Assembly: GCA_038087875.1 (NCBI GenBank)
Contig: CM075988.1
Span: 15,996,001-16,060,000 of the forward strand
From: Malacoraja senta
Taxonomy: Eukaryota
Reading direction: 5' to 3'
Length of the DNA: 64,000 nt
The notes below the pieces were generated by a model, which saw only the letters and a list, made by a program, of their open reading frames with translations, was not told the origin of the DNA and did not search any database. Position 1 is the stretch's first letter; each line of letters begins with the position of its first letter. A program made the translations under genes and the position numbers. Shown one piece after another: positions 62,701-64,000 of the stretch.

Positions 62701-63279
62701 TGACAAGGGCTAGAGGTGAAAATGAAACAAGACTGTCAGATAAGGAGAGGGGTGAATGTAAAGCCGGAGAGGGTAATGGTGGGTAAAAGGTAATGGGGGG
62801 GGGGGGGGTGAGTGTGGAGGGCGAGGAAAGGATCAGGGCGACGGGTTGAGGAAGGGAAGGGAGGTGGGGTGTGGGAGGGATGTGTGCGTGGTAAGGTGGG
62901 TGTAGGCAGGGGAAAGAGAGGAGATAAGAACGGGACCTTTGATTTAATTTCAGTGCTGGCGAGTGAAGCAACTTGTTTTTCAGTCGTCGCTCTTGTCTGC
63001 AGGTTGCAGATGAGCAGGAGGTCAGGAATAGTCGCTCCACCGGGAGCAATTCACCATATTGCTGGGAATTGGATCCCGGGTCAAACATCAGAAGGTCAAT
63101 GCTGGGGTTTGGATTTAATCTAAAACGTTTTGCTTTGCCTTTTAACAGGTTGTGCGGGAATGTTGCGCCTCCTACTGTCAATACCAACACCAGCCGGCTC
63201 AAAGTTTCCTTCGTATCGGACGCTAGCGTTGGGGGACGGGGTTTTATTGCGCGATACTGGATGATTACTCCAAGTGACA
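53698..63279 (+). CDS. MFRP: Membrane frizzled-related protein, 5' part; join(53698..53760,54698..54800,58087..58215,59690..59884,60582..60810,63149..63279), continues beyond the window
   Basis: Spliced frame is open over 850 nt and reads as a type II membrane protein: cytoplasmic TDFINPVY (cf. human TEFCNPAF), one TM helix, a Ser/Thr/Pro stalk, and a CUB domain CGGVFRNPEGSFSSPRYP...FDRL...LCGNVAPPTVNTNTSRLKVSFVSDASVGGRGF. It lies downstream of USP2 on the same strand, as in mammals. Confidence 0.9.
54165..54383 (+). repeat. Penelope-derived element with pyrimidine-rich leader
   Basis: CAGTCTGAAGAAGGGTCCTGACCC and the family tail. Confidence 0.7.
54698..54800 (+). CDS. MFRP: MFRP exon 2 TDFINPVYQPDCGNEDNGEQGAANYLKTNLQNES
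   Basis: ttttcag| acceptor, CAG|gtgaga donor, 103 nt, phase 0-1. Confidence 0.85.
56567..56790. repeat. Palindromic pair of Penelope-derived short elements
   Basis: Arms 56567-56649 and 56664-56760. Confidence 0.82.
56822..57827 (-). mobile_element. Solo LTR (ERV- or Gypsy-type), 1006 bp, antisense in MFRP intron 2
   Basis: TG...CA ends with imperfect inverted repeat TGTAAAT/ATTAACA; 4-bp TSD AAAG at 56818-56821 and 57828-57831; minus-strand TATAAAA (57078-57084) and AATAAA (56901-56906); U3 direct repeat GAGTTTTCGTGGGCGT twice. Confidence 0.8.
58087..58215 (+). CDS. MFRP: MFRP exon 3, transmembrane helix MWLIAIGLAIILTLTIGGSLITFTI
   Basis: ctccag| acceptor, |gtaagt donor, phase 1-1; hydrophobic stretch of about 24 aa. 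Confidence 0.85.
58542..58840 (+). mobile_element. tRNA-derived V-SINE (HE1-like)
   Basis: A box TGGCGCAGCGA, B box GTTTCGATCC, V-domain GAGTTTGTACATTCTCCCCGTG...GGTTTCCTCCCAC, CR1-like tail. Confidence 0.85.
59690..59884 (+). CDS. MFRP: MFRP exon 4, Ser/Thr/Pro-rich stalk
   Basis: polypyrimidine tract then gtag| acceptor, |gtgagt donor, 195 nt, phase 1-1. Confidence 0.85.
59958..61022. repeat. Cluster of Penelope-derived short elements around MFRP exon 5 (59958-60270, 60400-60485, 60853-61022)
   Basis: Both orientations; intact core CTGAAGAAGGGTTCCGACCCGAAACGTC at 60177-60204. Confidence 0.78.
60582..60810 (+). CDS. MFRP: MFRP exon 5, first half of CUB domain 1
   Basis: ttgcag| acceptor, AG|gtcagt donor; CGG...FSSPRYPAQYP...C.W.I...C.FDRL. 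Confidence 0.93.
61296..61594 (+). mobile_element. tRNA-derived V-SINE (HE1-like)
   Basis: A and B boxes (GTTCGATCC), V-domain TGTGTGGAGTTTGCACGTTCTCC, tail CTAAACTAAA. Confidence 0.85.
61985..62285 (+). mobile_element. CR1 LINE 3' end fragment
   Basis: VNLLNSLLQKAVEA remnant and CR1-type 3'UTR. Confidence 0.7.
63149..63279 (+). CDS. MFRP: MFRP exon 6, second half of CUB domain 1
   Basis: ttaacag| acceptor, |gtaagt donor, 131 nt; LCG...FVSD.SV.GRGF.A.Y. Confidence 0.93.
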
Positions 63280-63649
63280 GTAAGTAGTATTTATCGCGGA
63301 CGGTTCGGGCGGGTGTGAAGAACCAGCGCTGGGGTCTTATTCATCTCCAACGTCTGGACAATAATCACAAGGAGTGGATTGGTCACCAACTGATTGTAGA
63401 GCTGACAAAATGTAGAAACACAGAACAGCAGATGCTGATTTATACCAAAGATAGACACAAAGTGCTGGAATAACTCAGGCTGGTTCTCACTGTTGAAATC
63501 GCCACAAGGGTGCCAAGGGCAAGGGCACTCTTTCATTGTCAAATGCACTCGGAGCTGAAGAATGAAATTGTTACTTGCTACAGCTTTACACTCCCAGGGG
63601 TGACGCTGAGAATTGCCACGACTGCACCTGGTACTAAGGAAATCAGAAG

Positions 63650-64000
63650 TGTGAAATGGGGACTTGGGATATCCTTGGCAGATAAGGTAAAGGAGAATCG
63701 TAAGAGATTCTATAAATTCATCTTTGCTGCAAAAGGCTGTGGAGGCCAAGAATGGATATTGTTTAGGTAGAGATAGATAGATTCTTGATTTGTACCGGTG
63801 TCAGGAGCTAGGGGGAGGAGAATGGGGTTGGGAGGGAGAGATAGTTCAGCCATGATTGAATGGTGGAGTAGACTTGGTGGGCTGAATGGCCTAATTCTGC
63901 TCCTATCACTTATTACCATATGACCTGATGAACGAGAACAATAATGTCCTGGAACATGTCGATATTACAACAGAGGTGTTGGCAGTCTTAAGGTGCATAA
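63650..64000 (+). mobile_element. CR1 fragment with a nested CR1 tail (about 63732-63925)
   Basis: LADKVKENRKRFYK remnant interrupted by a tail similar to 62115-62285. Confidence 0.6.

Noticed and set aside
62594-63202. 202-aa minus-strand ORF, the longest in the track
   Set aside because: Composite of antisense MFRP exon 6, a purine-rich low-complexity tract and a repeat
706-63480. Recurrent palindromic repeats as a CRISPR-like or REP array
   Set aside because: Dispersed, irregularly spaced, in both orientations and diverged, within a spliced vertebrate locus; no cas genes

Overview
Eukaryotic, repeat-rich vertebrate genomic DNA, most likely a cartilaginous fish (skate/ray-like). That assignment is an inference from the HE1-like V-SINEs, CR1 tails and Penelope-derived repeats. 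The window holds two + strand genes. (1) USP2, ubiquitin-specific peptidase 2: the complete CDS of the short-N-terminus (USP2b/USP2-45-like) isoform, 12 coding exons at 19582-43383, 1194 nt, 397 aa. One intron (40758-41461) is a U12-type minor intron. Two further candidate alternative first exons lie upstream, and the putative 3'UTR is long. (2) The first six coding exons of MFRP, membrane frizzled-related protein (53698-63279), which continues past the window end. Introns and intergenic DNA contain two copies of one IR/DR-type Tc1 transposon bracketing the USP2 CDS and a 1006-bp solo LTR with a 4-bp target-site duplication (TSD) in MFRP intron 2. They also contain many CR1, Rex/Babar and RTE LINE fragments, V-SINEs, two MITEs, and more than 25 short Penelope-derived elements that carry a hammerhead-ribozyme-like core and often sit as palindromic pairs. 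There is a 235-N assembly gap at 52306-52540. No prokaryote-type system (CRISPR etc.) is present. All comparisons with orthologues are from recalled sequence knowledge, not from searches.
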